DNA of 64,000 nt from Somniosus microcephalus (taxonomy: Eukaryota): positions 313,658,001 to 313,722,000 of the forward strand of contig CM126203.1 of assembly GCA_052327205.1 (NCBI GenBank), read 5' to 3'. Of this stretch, positions 11,761 to 23,688 are shown in pieces. Positions within the stretch are counted from its first letter, which is position 1, and every line of letters starts with the position of its first letter. A program made the translations under genes and the position numbers. The notes under the pieces were generated by a model. That model did no database searches and had not been told where the DNA came from. It saw nothing but the letters and a program-made list of their open reading frames with translations.

Positions 11761-13514
11761 GGGGGGAGGTGGCACTGTGACTGGGTCAGATTCTATCCAT
11801 ACTCATGCACTTTCTGGGAGGAGTGATTTATGATTGGGAGCACTGTTTCTCCCCCCACTCTAGCATAGGGCACAGAGGTCAATTGTCGTGCCCACCAGGA
11901 TGCCACCCTTCACGGAATCAGCTAACTCACCGTAGGCCGAGGTCAAACCTGCAACCTTCCTGCTCGGTTCGCTCAGTTACACACACAGAAGTACAATTAG
12001 CTACTAAATCATTGAGGATGCTATGAGCCATTATGAGAACATTTTAAAAGAGCCCACTGCTATCTATACTCTGAACTGTTCATAACAAAACTAACAATCC
12101 AGGCACAATTATTTAATAAATACCAGTTATTATTACTATCATGAAATTATTGACCTGCTGTGACAGTAAAACACTTCTGAAATAGATGCTTTCCCGCTCA
12201 TGTGGAACAACAAAGCTGTCTCTCAGTAATCCTGAGTGTACGCCACCAATAAATTAAATACTCCCTTTATTCCAACCACCATGAGGGACACCACATTTAC
12301 CACCACTGATTACTACTGTTGCTTTGCTGGTCTTTGCAGGTGTTGTCAGTCTTTGAACATGTGTGGTAGAGTGAAAAAGTAGGGTTGTGGCACTTTGCAA
12401 AATCCAAATCCAGGCAGGGATGAAATTAGGGAGGGGCCCAAGGCTTGGCTTTTGAAGTTTGTTTTACTGATGATGAAATTTCATTAAAAACCTTAATAAC
12501 TAATGTATCCACACTATCAGACCGTGAAGTGGAAAACAGAATACAATTTTATTTAAAAATCCAGATATTTTTGTGTGCATTTTACATTTTAAAATTTTTG
12601 TGGACAACCATCTCAAAACCAGATGGGTGACAACCCAGTTAAAGAGGAAGGGAGAAAAGGAAGAAAGTTGTGAATTAGAAAGAAGCAAACAAGGAAGGTG
12701 TGGCTGAAGTTCTGAGATGAGCTGCTTGTACTCAATGAGTGCGGCTGAGTGCAGTCGGCTGTCAGGAATACTTGTTGGGAACACCCTGATTGTCCTCCTT
12801 CCCAGAGTGAGACTGTAATTCTAGATATAACCCAACATCATGAGAACAAAGTGACAGACTGAATGGGGCCACACCTCTACAGTACCCTAAAGAAAATGGG
12901 AGACTCTTAAATCTTGTATTGTTATTGTTTGTGACATAAAAACAGTACTGCTGTCTTCAAAGGATTAAAGGGTTAACCACGAGATTAATGTTTAAATGCA
13001 GAATGTCCTCACAGTGCTCGAGTTACACTGGCCACTGCAGAACATCAACCCTAAGTGCCACTACAGCCCTACCGGCCTTTGTCCAAACAGGTGTCAACTT
13101 TCCCTTAAAAGCATCCTTCTTTAAAAAGACACAGTTATCAGGTGACTCCGAGCAGGGGCCCGTCCCCTTCCATTAGGCATGCTCAGTGACCTGCATGAAT
13201 GTCAAACAATAGCCAGATGTCACTGATAGTTAAACCGGTGACTGGTTTAATTCCAGCAGCCCAACGGCTGGGATCACAATGCTGCTCGGCGTCACAAAAC
13301 TGGCAAAATGCTGATGCCTTCAAAAAAAAAAGAACTGAGTAGAACAGTGCAAAGGGCTATCAGCGAGCCAGCACATCACACACTGGCTAACTGACTGACA
13401 ACAGTATGGAGGTTTTGCAAAAAGCAAGCCATTAAAACATAAACCATCCAAGGTCATTTCTTCCCAGTGCTGATTAACTATTTTCAGTGGAGCAATGCAA
13501 AAACATTTTTTATA

Positions 13515-13842
13515 TTCATTCATGGGAGGTGGGCGTCACTGGCAAGACCAGCATTTATTGCCCATCCCTAATTGCCCTTGAGAAGCTGGTAGTGAGCCGT
13601 CTTCTTGAACCGCTGCAGTCCGCATAGTGAAGGTACTCCCACAGTGCTGTTAGGGAGGGAGTTCCTGGATTTTGACCCAGCGACGAAGAAGGATCGGCGA
13701 TATAATTCCAAGTCAGGATGGTGTGTGACTTGGAGGGGAACTTGCAGGTGGTAGTGTTCCCATGCGCCTGCTGCCCTTTTCCTTCTAGGTGGTAGAGGTT
13801 GCGGGTTTGGGAGGTGCTGTCAAAATAGCCTTGGCGAGTTGC
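13515..13842 (-). mobile_element. LINE 3' fragment (CR1-group family with GGATGGGCAATAAATG tail)
   Basis: Related degenerate copies at about 6625-6840 (+) and 15705-16300 (-). Confidence 0.6.
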
Positions 13843-14109
13843 ATAAAAATAAAATTATTATGCTGCACTGTATCTGGCAGTTGCACTGTGAGTAACTTTG
13901 GAGACAGCATTACATTTTCCCCATACACTGTTGGCAAAATAAATGCTTCCACTAAAACCACAGGCTGCCACTTTTACTAGTCACCAGCAGTCTGAGCGAT
14001 CAATCCACCCATACAGGCTAGCCATGGAGTTTCCCAATCACTGGAATATTACCAAGGACTTGAGATTCGCAAAGTGAGCCCTGCCATAGTTCTAGGGCAG
14101 GGGTGGGCG

Positions 14110-14270
14110 TTTCTTAAACCCGACCTCTTCGACCACGCTTTTGGTCATCTGCCCTAATATCGCCATACGTGGCTCGGTATCAAATTTTGCTTGGTAACTT
14201 TCCTGTGAAGCGCCTTGGGATGTTTTACTACATTAAAGGCGCTATATAAATACAAGTTGTTGTTGTTGTC
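14110..14270 (+). mobile_element. L2 LINE 3' tail
   Basis: CCTGTGAAGCGCCTTGGGATGTTTTACTACATTAAAGGCGCTATATAAATACAAG(TTG)n; same tail at about 26870-26937. Confidence 0.75.
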
Positions 14271-14738
14271 CACACAAGTACTGAAGCAGAGCTAAGGAAT
14301 TCAAGATTTACTTTTGAATTTTCTGCCCAAGGGATCTTGAAAATCATCCATTTTGCACCTTAAATCAAGTTGTGGTTGTTAGCAACGCTGTTGCAGGGAA
14401 CCTTCCTCAGCCATCAAAGAAGGTCAGAAATAAAATGTAGTAGTTATGTTACTGGACCAGTAATCCCGAGGTCTGGACTAATAATACAGAGAATCTGGGG
14501 GAAAAATTGAGTCGCGCCCCCCTTTGGGGCGTTACCTTCGCCAGAGCGCTACTTTTAGTGCCCCGAAAAAATTAGTGCCCCCGCGGCCAAAATTGAGTCG
14601 TAGCGCCCCAAGAGGGAAGCGCCCCGCCTCCCTCTTGGGGTGCTGCGAGGGAATATTGCGGCGCTACGTGCTGCAGCACCATGCAATGCTGCCTTGCCAG
14701 TAACGCCAACATCCCAAGAATACATTTTTAAAAATCAT

Positions 14739-15451
14739 GGCCTAGAAATTCAGTAAGGCGCTGCCAGCTTTGCGGCCAGTTACCGCCCAAAGAGGGCTTC
14801 TGCGCCAATAGAGGAGTTTGCGCTGATATTCAGCGCAGCGGTAATGGCGGCGGTAGCCGTTAGCGCTGCGCCGGCACCGATGACGTCATCGGTGTGTGCA
14901 GTGCCCCGGTTCCGTCCCGATACCGGCCCGACCCCCATATTTAGTTGCGGCCGCCTCTTCCGCAGCGGCCGCAAACAGCGATCAGAAAACGGGGCCGTAC
15001 TGTAGCCTTAGTGGGGCGCTTTAAGGTGGAGGTGCGGCCGGCCGCATTTTCGGCGGCCGCCTGCCCGCACCTCCTTCCCCGGCCTCCTCCACCACCCCCC
15101 CCCCGCGGCATTGCCGGCTGCTTTCCGCGAACCCGGCACTTCTCCGTGGTGCCTGGCTCATTTGCCGGCACTATCCAGCGGCGATCTCCCTGTTGCAGGC
15201 ACCTCCCCCTTAAGAGAAGGAGGAGGCCTGCAGTACCGCAGCCTGCCGCTCCGCAGCGGGTGGCGCAGTGGCGCCTAGAGCACTGAAATTCAGTTTCAGC
15301 GCCCCAAGCGGGGGCGGGCACACCCTGGAATAGTGCCCGGTTCCGACTTGGGGCGCAAAAACTGAATATCTGACGCGCGCAACTGGCTCCGCGCTCAGCG
15401 CTAACTTTTGGGCGCATGCCAGCTGGTGGGCCCAAAGTGAATTTCTAGGCC
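14739..15451. mobile_element. GC-rich MITE, PIF/Harbinger-type
   Basis: 14-bp TIR GGCCTAGAAATTCA/TGAATTTCTAGGCC, 3-bp TSD CAT; related inverted copy at 44832-45541; truncated relative at about 14497-14707. Confidence 0.8.
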
Positions 15452-18137
15452 CATGACTTTTAAACAATTGCATGCGCATAAGGTTGCTTATTGAAAGAAA
15501 AAAGCAGGGGCAGAGCCGGAAAAGGGAGCGTGTGAACTTATTTTTAGGGAGGAGGTTGCAGAAAAGTAGGGTAGAGCAAGGCCACGGAGAGCTTGTAAAT
15601 GAGAATCAAGATTGTAACCTGTTAGCAGCTGGATCAGCAGCATAATTTCAGAGGCCTGAGGGCAGATCGCCTGCCTGGCTTATCAACCAGACACTGACAA
15701 ACCCGAATTTATCGCCCATCCCTAGTTGCCCTGAGGAGGTAGTGCTTGAGTTGATGCCCCCACGATGATGCAAGCTAGGGAATGCCAGGATTTTATTTAT
15801 TTATTTTGCAGCAGATACAATGAAAGTATAACGGTATATGCCCAAGTCGGGATGGTGCGTGACTTGGAGGGGAAATTTGAGCTGATGTTGTTCCCATGAT
15901 CTTGCAGCTCTTGATCTTTCTGGTGGTAGAGGTTGCAGAGCTAGGAGGTGCTGTCACAGTAAACTTGGTGAGTTACTGCAACGCTTCCTGTAGAGAGTAC
16001 ATACTGCAGCCACAGTACACTGGTGAAGGGCAGGGTGGATACTGCGTCCAGTGGCAGGGGTACCAATGAAGTGGACTGAGCTGTGCTGAATGATGTCAAG
16101 CTTTTCAAGTTATTGCAGCTATACCCAACCAGATGAGTGGTGAGTAATCCATCTAATGTAAGTGTTCTAGGTGGTGGAGAGGCTTAGAGAGGTCAGGAGG
16201 TCACATCTTGTAGCCACGTGCTGATATAGCGGGTCCAATTAAGCTTCGGGTAAATGGTGACCCCAGGATGTTGATGATGTGGACTTGGCAAATGGTGGTA
16301 CCGTTGTAGGCCATAAGTAGGCTCAAGGTCCCTTAACCTTGACATTCAAACACAGTTCAATCCAACAGGGATCGATGGTTAATGATCAGAAGCAGGAAAC
16401 CTGGCTTCTTTTTCCCTTCACAGCCCAGGAGGGTTGAAAACAATTGTTAAGACCCCTACCCTTTCCACTACCCCTAACTTGGTACAGATGAGGCATTAAA
16501 CTTAGAACCTTCCTGGTCTGTTCTGGCTCAGTTTCACATTGGATAATATACTTAAAGTACTGGGCCATCGGCGGGGAGATACCACCAGATTTCTTTGTTA
16601 AACAGTGCAATAGGTTTTCTACGCAACTTCAGTTATTATCTCTTTCAGCAGCTGTCACTACTGTTCTAGCTGGCTATTACAGAAGGTGGTTCCCCGTCTG
16701 AAGTTCAAACTGCACCATTTGGATAAATCCAAACTGTCTTGGAGCTCATTCTTGCATGTTGTATCAACCACTCTACAGCAGTCATTTGTATTTCCATATT
16801 TATACAAACTGAACATCCCAGTCCATGGAAATGACTGCAAATGCTAAGCAAGTGGTCCTTGAGCCCAGTACTTTAGACTGCATACACTATGTTGCTTCAG
16901 TCATTTTAAATAGATTTTGAAACACATTTGACTACTTTTGTAGAACTAGAAAAAAAAGCGATTGGGAGTTTAAGGTCGATATAGAGGGTTCAGGGAAATC
17001 GTTGACAAAGTAGTCAAACTAGTGACTGCAAAAGGGGCTTCACTAGCATGTTCCATATCATCACGAGAGCATTGGACAAAATAGAGGGTGGGGGAGGAGA
17101 GTATCTCTGGAGACTGGTCATATTACTTACCCAGAAAACAAAAGCATTCTAAAACTCACTGCAATATATTACACCAGGGTATTCCTGCTATACTTGCCCA
17201 TCGTTTCTGCTCCCCATATTCACAAGGCTAAAGTTGGAAACTCACAATGTAGTGCACTGAGGATATTAACAACTTGACATCAGACGAAAACCTGGCTCAC
17301 TTACGTCACTCATTTCCCCTGACTAAGGCCACCCTGCCTAGCTACATGATCCACTATGAACCCCCCACCCAAACCATTGTGACAGTAGTGTGGCTCTCTT
17401 CTCCAGGTCCCATCTTAACCAGACCCCTTCATCTTCCGGCACTTTATCATCTTTTTGAGTATCTTATCCTCTTACACTCATCCCTCTTCTCCTTTGAGGT
17501 CCTTATTCTCCATCATCCTCCCAAGTATCAATGCAACTTCCTTGAAAACAATCACCTCCCTTCTCTCCTCACTTATCCTCTATACTGAGCAACTAATTTT
17601 TAGTGATTTTAACATTCACCTAAATGTCCCATGATTAAATCTCTTCTGATTTCTCTACCTTCCTCTCATCACTCACTTCATCCCGCCCTTCAACTCCCCA
17701 CCCACACCCAGCAACTTTGACCTCATTAACACACAAGACCTTGCCACTTCCAAGGTCAGCATTCACATCATCCTGCCTGTCTCCAGCCCTTGTCAGAGGT
17801 ATTGTGAATACTTGACCATGGAAAGCTTTAGAGTTGAGCCTGATCCTGTCCGCACTGGGCATCCACTACACATGCACTTTCCGTAGGGGAGGAGGGGGAG
17901 GTCACTGGATAGAGATCAGAAGCAGGAAACCTTGCTGATTTTTTTTCTCTCTTCCTTGCCTAATTGTGGACCATTTCTACCACTGCCCTGGACCATTTCT
18001 ACCACTGCCCTGACTGAGGTCAGCTAACTCACCTGGGACCTTTCCGGCCTGTAAACCTCAGTACTACACTGGGCATCAAACTGGCCAACTGAACTATCGG
18101 GAAGCTTATCAGTCAGTTTATAAGTGGATCACGGCTG

Positions 18138-18535
18138 TCTTTTGCACATAAATCTAGGCTGACACTCTAGTGCAGTGCTGAGGGAGTGCTGCACCGTCGG
18201 AGGTGCCATCTTTTAGATGAGACATTAAACCGAGGCCCCGTCTGCTCTCAGATGGACATAAAAGCTCCATGGCACTATTTTGAAGAACAGCAGGGGAGCT
18301 ATCCCCGGTGTCCTGGCCAATATTTATCCCTCAATCAACAAAACTAAAACAGATTATCTGGTCATTATCACATTGCCGTTTGTGGGAGCTTGCTGTGCGC
18401 AAATTGGCTGCCATGTTTCCCACATTACAACAGTGACTACACTCCAAAAGTACTTCATTGGCTGTAAAGTGCTTTGAGACAGCCAGTGGTCGTGAACGGC
18501 GCTATAGAAATTCAAGTATTTATTTCTTTTTCTTT
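18138..18535 (+). mobile_element. SacSINE1-like Deu-domain SINE (5'-truncated)
   Basis: GTCGGAGGTGCC..GATGAGACATTAAACCGAGGCCCCGTC core and L2-like tail; many copies in the window. Confidence 0.8.
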
Positions 18536-20338
18536 TGTTCAGTCTGTGCTTCCACCCTTGTGCATCTTTGAAGAACAATTTCCAATTCACAATTTTAAAA
18601 CCTAAAGCCTACAAGGCCTCAAAGACTACAAACAATGGCAAGAATTTGGCAGACCGTTCATCTGTGGCTTATAATTATGATATCAATAAAAATCACACAA
18701 GCGACGGGACACAATAAGCAGTCAATTTAAGCACTCACGTACAGCAGCAGTACTCAGAGCAACATTATTATTCACACCAGTAAGAGCCTTCTAGAACTGC
18801 ACAGTTATGCAAATTTAGCTTATTGGCTTAATCTCACTGACTACACGGTTTCTGTACAGCAGCAGTATAGTAGCTTCATTATCTCATTACAAAGCAACAG
18901 TTGCATTATTACAATATGCTTTTGTAGAGGACAAAAGGAAGTAATTTTGATCAAATAGGGTATCAGTGGAAGGCCCATATGAAAAAAGAGACAGTGAAGA
19001 TGGGAAAATAATGAGTAAGCATAGCAGAACAAAAGGTCTTTTGGGCTCTTGCTTCAAAGCCACAGTGATGGACCCATGGGCTTTGCGGGACAGTTTTGCA
19101 CAATTGATTTTCAATGACATAATTAGTTGTCATATCTTATTTCTGTAAAATTATGTTTCAAAAGTCCTAAAAGAAAACTCATGGATAAGTTAATGACACC
19201 GTGTAGAAATATATGCTGCAAAGGTCCCAGATTCAGTCGCCAATCTGATTTGAATTAGTTCTTCTCAAATGAGATAATTGTAGGCCTGCTAGGGTTGGTT
19301 TCAGCAACCCGGGAGTAAGGATGGGAACAAAGTCAGCTAAGATTCCCTCTTCTGATGCTACCTAGGGACTCCTGGCAGAAAGAGTGCACACATGAACATC
19401 AGGGAAGGTCAGGGTTGGGCTCGGGTCACGGTGCCTCACACAGTATGCCGATACTTCATGTCCACGCTCATTTGGGCAAGATAATGGAGCAGCGTCAGCA
19501 CCTGTGGAATGATATCCTGGCAAAAGTCAGGATGGGAAGGGAGAATAAAGTCTGTTGGGGTGGGAATTCTACAAAATAGCCATGCTATTACAACAGCAGT
19601 CAAACACACGTGTAGGGAAAAGGAATGTAATCTCACAGTCAGCTTCTAACATTGCAAACTTTAGATTGTCGCTTGTTAGCCAGCATTTTGTTTCCTCACT
19701 TTATGCAAAGCGTACACTGCATTGCTGGAGTTACTCTGCGATTCAAATTGAATCAGCTATTTATTCAAAATATTTTCCAAGTAATGCAATGGGGTTGCCA
19801 CATCTCATTTACAGTGTATTTATGGCAGGGGCACAGGGTCATCGCAAACAGCAACTGTGCACCTATACAGTTACAGCAGAGTCTCTATAAAACGGCAGCA
19901 GGGACAATGTAAAATGGATGTCAAAGTAATAAACAGGTTATGAACACAATGTTTTTTACTATGGAGTAGAACTTTTGTGGAGTTCTCCTGATCTTCCACC
20001 ATAACTCTTCCTTGGTTCCTACAGATAAATCTAAGGACCGACTACAGGTCCCAATTGCCCATTAAGCTAGCACCTCACAGCATCATGCATCACTCACTCT
20101 TTCCAAAGCAAGGAACGGCACAGATATATCCTCCGCAGAGGATTTAGATAGTCAGTTTGAGGAGGGTGCACCAGGTGTTACACAGGTCAGAAGTAGGAGG
20201 GAGCAGGTGACGGTGGGAGAGGAGGAATCTGATGGCCAGAGGGCTAGCTCCAATCTTTCAGAACTGTGGAGAACAGGGATTCGCACCTCAGGGGACCCAA
20301 GCCTAAAAGGATACTATTTGAGCATCATTGTTCCTTGC

Positions 20339-20595
20339 TGTTAAATCTGTGAGTTGTTCAAGTAATTAATACTCAGACTTAATCAGTAACAATAAAACAG
20401 GTCTTTACTGGTTGGAGGTAGGGACTATACGTAGGTCTTTACTTCATGCCCACAGGTGGGAACTGAGGGGAGATCAGTACCCACAGTACTATTTATACCC
20501 CTGTGGCCAGGAGTGGTACTGCGTATCACTACGCCCAACAAGTAGTGCAGTCCTGTCCATAGGTTCAAAGTAGCACACATATTACATACACAACA
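20339..20595 (-). repeat. 3' LTR of element 2
   Basis: Direct repeat of 23689-23945; minus strand has GGGGTATAAATA (TATA-like) and AGTAAA (polyA-signal-like). Confidence 0.97.
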
Positions 20596-20911
20596 TTCCT
20601 CCCTTCCTAGCTTTACAGTCATCTCCCCATTTAACATAACGTAATAACATATATACATATATAACTTCAGGTTTACATAACAGAATAACATAGATACATA
20701 GATAACTTCATGTCAAAACAGATCACAGATTCAGTCTCTGCGGAAAACAGTTCACAGATTCAATCTCTGTGGTGGAGTCGGTTTACGTTGCTGGAGTGAC
20801 TCATTCAATAGTCCTTCCATGGATTTAACAGTTTGAACTTCCGAACTGAATTGGCTCCGTTCGGAGGGACCACGTGTGTGATCTGGTAGAGGTGATAATG
20901 GTTCAGATGGG

Positions 20912-21180
20912 TCATCTTCTGTTTTTACTTTTCCTTTTCTGCTTCTTGGAGACTCTCTGGGCTCCATTGTCAGCTGCCACAGCTGCCAGCTGCATGCGCA
21001 GTTCCTCCTTCTCTTCCTCCTGTTTCCGTCGTAGAGCCAGCTTCTCCCGATGTTCCGTAGACTTTTGGTGCTCCTCCATGATTTCTGCACTTTGGGAGTC
21101 GAAGTTACAAGCTGGGCAGGACAGGACATCGTAATATTCGGTGTCGTCCACCAGGTCATAGTAATATTCGGTGTCGTCCT
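20912..21180 (-). other. DNAJC21: Captured host fragment: DNAJC21-like C2H2 zinc finger with acidic lead-in and basic tail
   Basis: [46 protein letters not shown]...[12 protein letters not shown] vs recalled [46 protein letters not shown]...QKLSKKQKKKKQK. Confidence 0.75.
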
Positions 21181-23143
21181 GAGCTAGACCAGTGAGAGGG
21201 TCGTCTATTTCCTCCATACCCAGCTGGACGTTAGCCAGCTCTTGTTCCAAATCCAGACATCTTTCCTGAAGAGACTTCTTCATGTGTACCTCTGCATCCA
21301 GCTTTTTCTGGGCTTTCAGCAAGTCGTTTACTAGTGACCTCATTTGTGATTTTAATACTTCAACTTCCTTTGGAGATTGATTGATCGGACTATGCAATCC
21401 CTCTACCGGAGCAGCTGTTTCAGCGGTCTGTTGTTCTACGTTGACGTGAGTCAGCGTACTTTTGGCATCCAAGGGCTGCTCTGTTGCAGTCATCTCAGTC
21501 TGTGTTGCCACCTCAGCTCTTCCAATAACCTTTGAGAGCTCCGAACCCCTTTCGTTTGAATATTGAAGTTCGTGTTCAAGTTTTTCCCATTTCAGAGTCC
21601 TGTCCTTCAGCATATGCAGGAGTTGGCTGACCGTTAACTCCTCTGACATCAGACGTTTTGTGTGCTCCTGTTCCATTTTCTCCATCAGCTGCTTCTGTTG
21701 TCTTTCCAGATTCTCCAACTCTATGTCAAAGAACTCTTTCGTTGCATTCAACTCTTGCTCACAACGGCGAAGCATTTGTTCTAATTGCTGTTGTAGTTTG
21801 AAATGGAGTTGAGTTCGAGCCCGGTGTCCCTCAGAAATGGGCACATCAGTAGACTTGCCAGACTCAGAATCCACAGTTAAACTATGTTGTTGTTGCTCAG
21901 TGGAATTCTGTGCTGAAACTTTGTCTTTTGCACCTGAGTTGGGCTTACCATCATCCGTTCCAGAGTCTGGGCCGACTATCTTCACCGAGTTCTCACTCGT
22001 TATTGTTTGTAGGAAATGCCAGTCCATATTCATTTTCCTAATCCACTCCCGTCCTAGTAGTGGAGGACCTCCTTCAGATATCACATATAAGTCCATTATT
22101 TGACTGTCTTCGCCCTTGTGGACCACTGCAACCTCTATTTTCCCGATGGGGTACACTCTTTGCCCCGTGTATGTTTCCAATATAATCCCCGTATCCTGTA
22201 GGGGAATATGTTGGAATAACTTTCCGTAATCTTTCTTATTTATGACCGTCAATGCCGATCCAGTGTCCAATTCCAGTTTTACTTGGACTCCTTCTATCTG
22301 AAGAGTGACCCAAATTGTCTGGAGGTCTGCACCCTTACCAGCGTTGAGTACTCTTAAGCTAGCCAGTTCATTACTGCTAGCGTCTGAATCGGAGTCCTGT
22401 TCGGTCACCTTGTGTACCTTTGCGTATTTTCCTTGCGGTGACTTCTTGTTGCTGGTCTTCTTCGCTGACCTGCATACTCTAGCTATATGTCCAAGCCTAC
22501 CACAAGTTCTACATTCTTGGTTTTTAAACCAACACTGGTTCTGATCATGCGTTGTCTTTCCACAACGATAACATTTGCCAGAACTCACACCCAATTTGTG
22601 TGCACTGAGCTCCGGTGACCGTAGCTGCATTACTGCCGTGCCTCTCGCTGCGGCTTCGTGTGCTGCTGCCATAGTGACCGCCTTCTCAAGCGTCAGCTCA
22701 TTCTCCGCGAGCAGTCGCTTTTGTGTATCCTGTTTAAATAAACCACACACAAATTTGTCTCGAAGTGCCTCTGTCAGTCCCGTTCCAAACTGGCAATATT
22801 TCGCTAATTTACGCAATTCCAGCAAATAATCAGCATTGCTTTCATGCTGTAGCTGCCTTCTGTCGTAAAATTTAAATCGTTCCGCTAGCATCAGCGGCGT
22901 GGGGTTTAGATGATCTTTCAGGACAGTAACAATCTCATCGAACGTCTTATCCGCCGGTTCATCTGGTGATAACAGGTGTTTCAATTGCCCGTATGTCTTC
23001 GCACCCATTAAATTTAATAATGTTAGAGCTTTATCTTGGTCACGAATTTTATTGGCCTTACAATAATTTTTTACTCTTTCAACATATATGGCCCAATCTT
23101 CGAGGTCACTATCAAAGGTGCTAATATTCCCATGTTTAGGCAT
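20912..23143 (-). CDS. Chimeric Gag-protease-STK10/OPTN/DNAJC21 fragment polyprotein (743 aa from the ATG at 23143)
   Basis: Gag ([30 protein letters not shown], two CCHC knuckles), protease LDTGSALT...LLGREW, then about 360 aa of non-Gypsy sequence with no stop. The ORF-track start at 23263 is a GTG. Confidence 0.92.
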   Translation of the reverse strand: MPKHGNISTFDSDLEDWAIYVERVKNYCKANKIRDQDKALTLLNLMGAKTYGQLKHLLSPDEPADKTFDEIVTVLKDHLNPTPLMLAERFKFYDRRQLQHESNADYLLELRKLAKYCQFGTGLTEALRDKFVCGLFKQDTQKRLLAENELTLEKAVTMAAAHEAAARGTAVMQLRSPELSAHKLGVSSGKCYRCGKTTHDQNQCWFKNQECRTCGRLGHIARVCRSAKKTSNKKSPQGKYAKVHKVTEQDSDSDASSNELASLRVLNAGKGADLQTIWVTLQIEGVQVKLELDTGSALTVINKKDYGKLFQHIPLQDTGIILETYTGQRVYPIGKIEVAVVHKGEDSQIMDLYVISEGGPPLLGREWIRKMNMDWHFLQTITSENSVKIVGPDSGTDDGKPNSGAKDKVSAQNSTEQQQHSLTVDSESGKSTDVPISEGHRARTQLHFKLQQQLEQMLRRCEQELNATKEFFDIELENLERQQKQLMEKMEQEHTKRLMSEELTVSQLLHMLKDRTLKWEKLEHELQYSNERGSELSKVIGRAEVATQTEMTATEQPLDAKSTLTHVNVEQQTAETAAPVEGLHSPINQSPKEVEVLKSQMRSLVNDLLKAQKKLDAEVHMKKSLQERCLDLEQELANVQLGMEEIDDPLTGLAQDDTEYYYDLVDDTEYYDVLSCPACNFDSQSAEIMEEHQKSTEHREKLALRRKQEEEKEELRMQLAAVAADNGAQRVSKKQKRKSKNRR
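21220..21646 (-). other. OPTN: Captured host fragment: optineurin central coiled coil
   Basis: [14 protein letters not shown]...EKLE...RAEVATQTE...[41 protein letters not shown] vs recalled [14 protein letters not shown]...ERLE...RSEIETQTE...[41 protein letters not shown]. Confidence 0.85.
21650..21832 (-). other. STK10: Captured host fragment: STK10 (LOK)/SLK PKK coiled coil
   Basis: [57 protein letters not shown] vs recalled STK10 [57 protein letters not shown]; paralog SLK not excluded. Confidence 0.82.
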
Positions 23144-23677
23144 TGTAGATTTGCAATTTCTCAGATTTTTTTTTTTTACTGCTATCCAAGATGGCGGCTT
23201 CCCGCTCTTGCCGTCGTCCTCCGCCCACAAAATGGCGGTTTTCCCGCGCTTGGCGGTCTTCACCCGTCCCCCAACGCCGTCTCCCTTCAGCCCCCGAGTG
23301 CGGCCCTTATCTTCGCCGCGATCGCCCGAGTGCGGCCCTTATCAGCGGATGCGATCGCTGGATCGCGAAGCGGCTCTTATCAGGAGATGCGATTGCTCCG
23401 TTGAAACGCCTCCCGCTCGAAGCGGCTCTCGCGCCCTATTCCTCCAGCTCCCCCAGCCCCGTTCGTGCGGCCAACGCGGTCGACTGCCTGTCGCGTCGCT
23501 GCCCGGCTCAGACAACGGCTTACCCACCACCAAGCTGGAGAAGAAGCTGACGGTCGCCGATGGAGGCTCCGAGGTCAGGATGTCTTCCAGTGGGGTGGAG
23601 AGGGTGGAAACCTCTCTGCAACGTCCTGGCTGTGGACGAAGCTGCCGTGGAGTGACTGCCGCAGGGTCCGAATCAGA

Positions 23678-23687
23678 CTCGTCGCCA
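23678..23687 (-). promoter_or_regulatory. Primer binding site of element 2, tRNA-Ser(GCT)-like
   Basis: TGGCGACGAG one base after the 5' LTR, complementary to ...CTCGTCGCCA. Confidence 0.8.
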
Positions 23688-23688
23688 G

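Noticed and set aside
14941-15479. GC-rich ORFs (also 23088-23702 and 44809-45503) as genes
   Set aside because: They arise from stop-poor GC-rich MITE or leader sequence and contain no recognisable domains.
20912-22000. C-terminal region of element 2 as an env gene
   Set aside because: No signal peptide or transmembrane segment; it is fused to the protease and resembles cytoplasmic host proteins.
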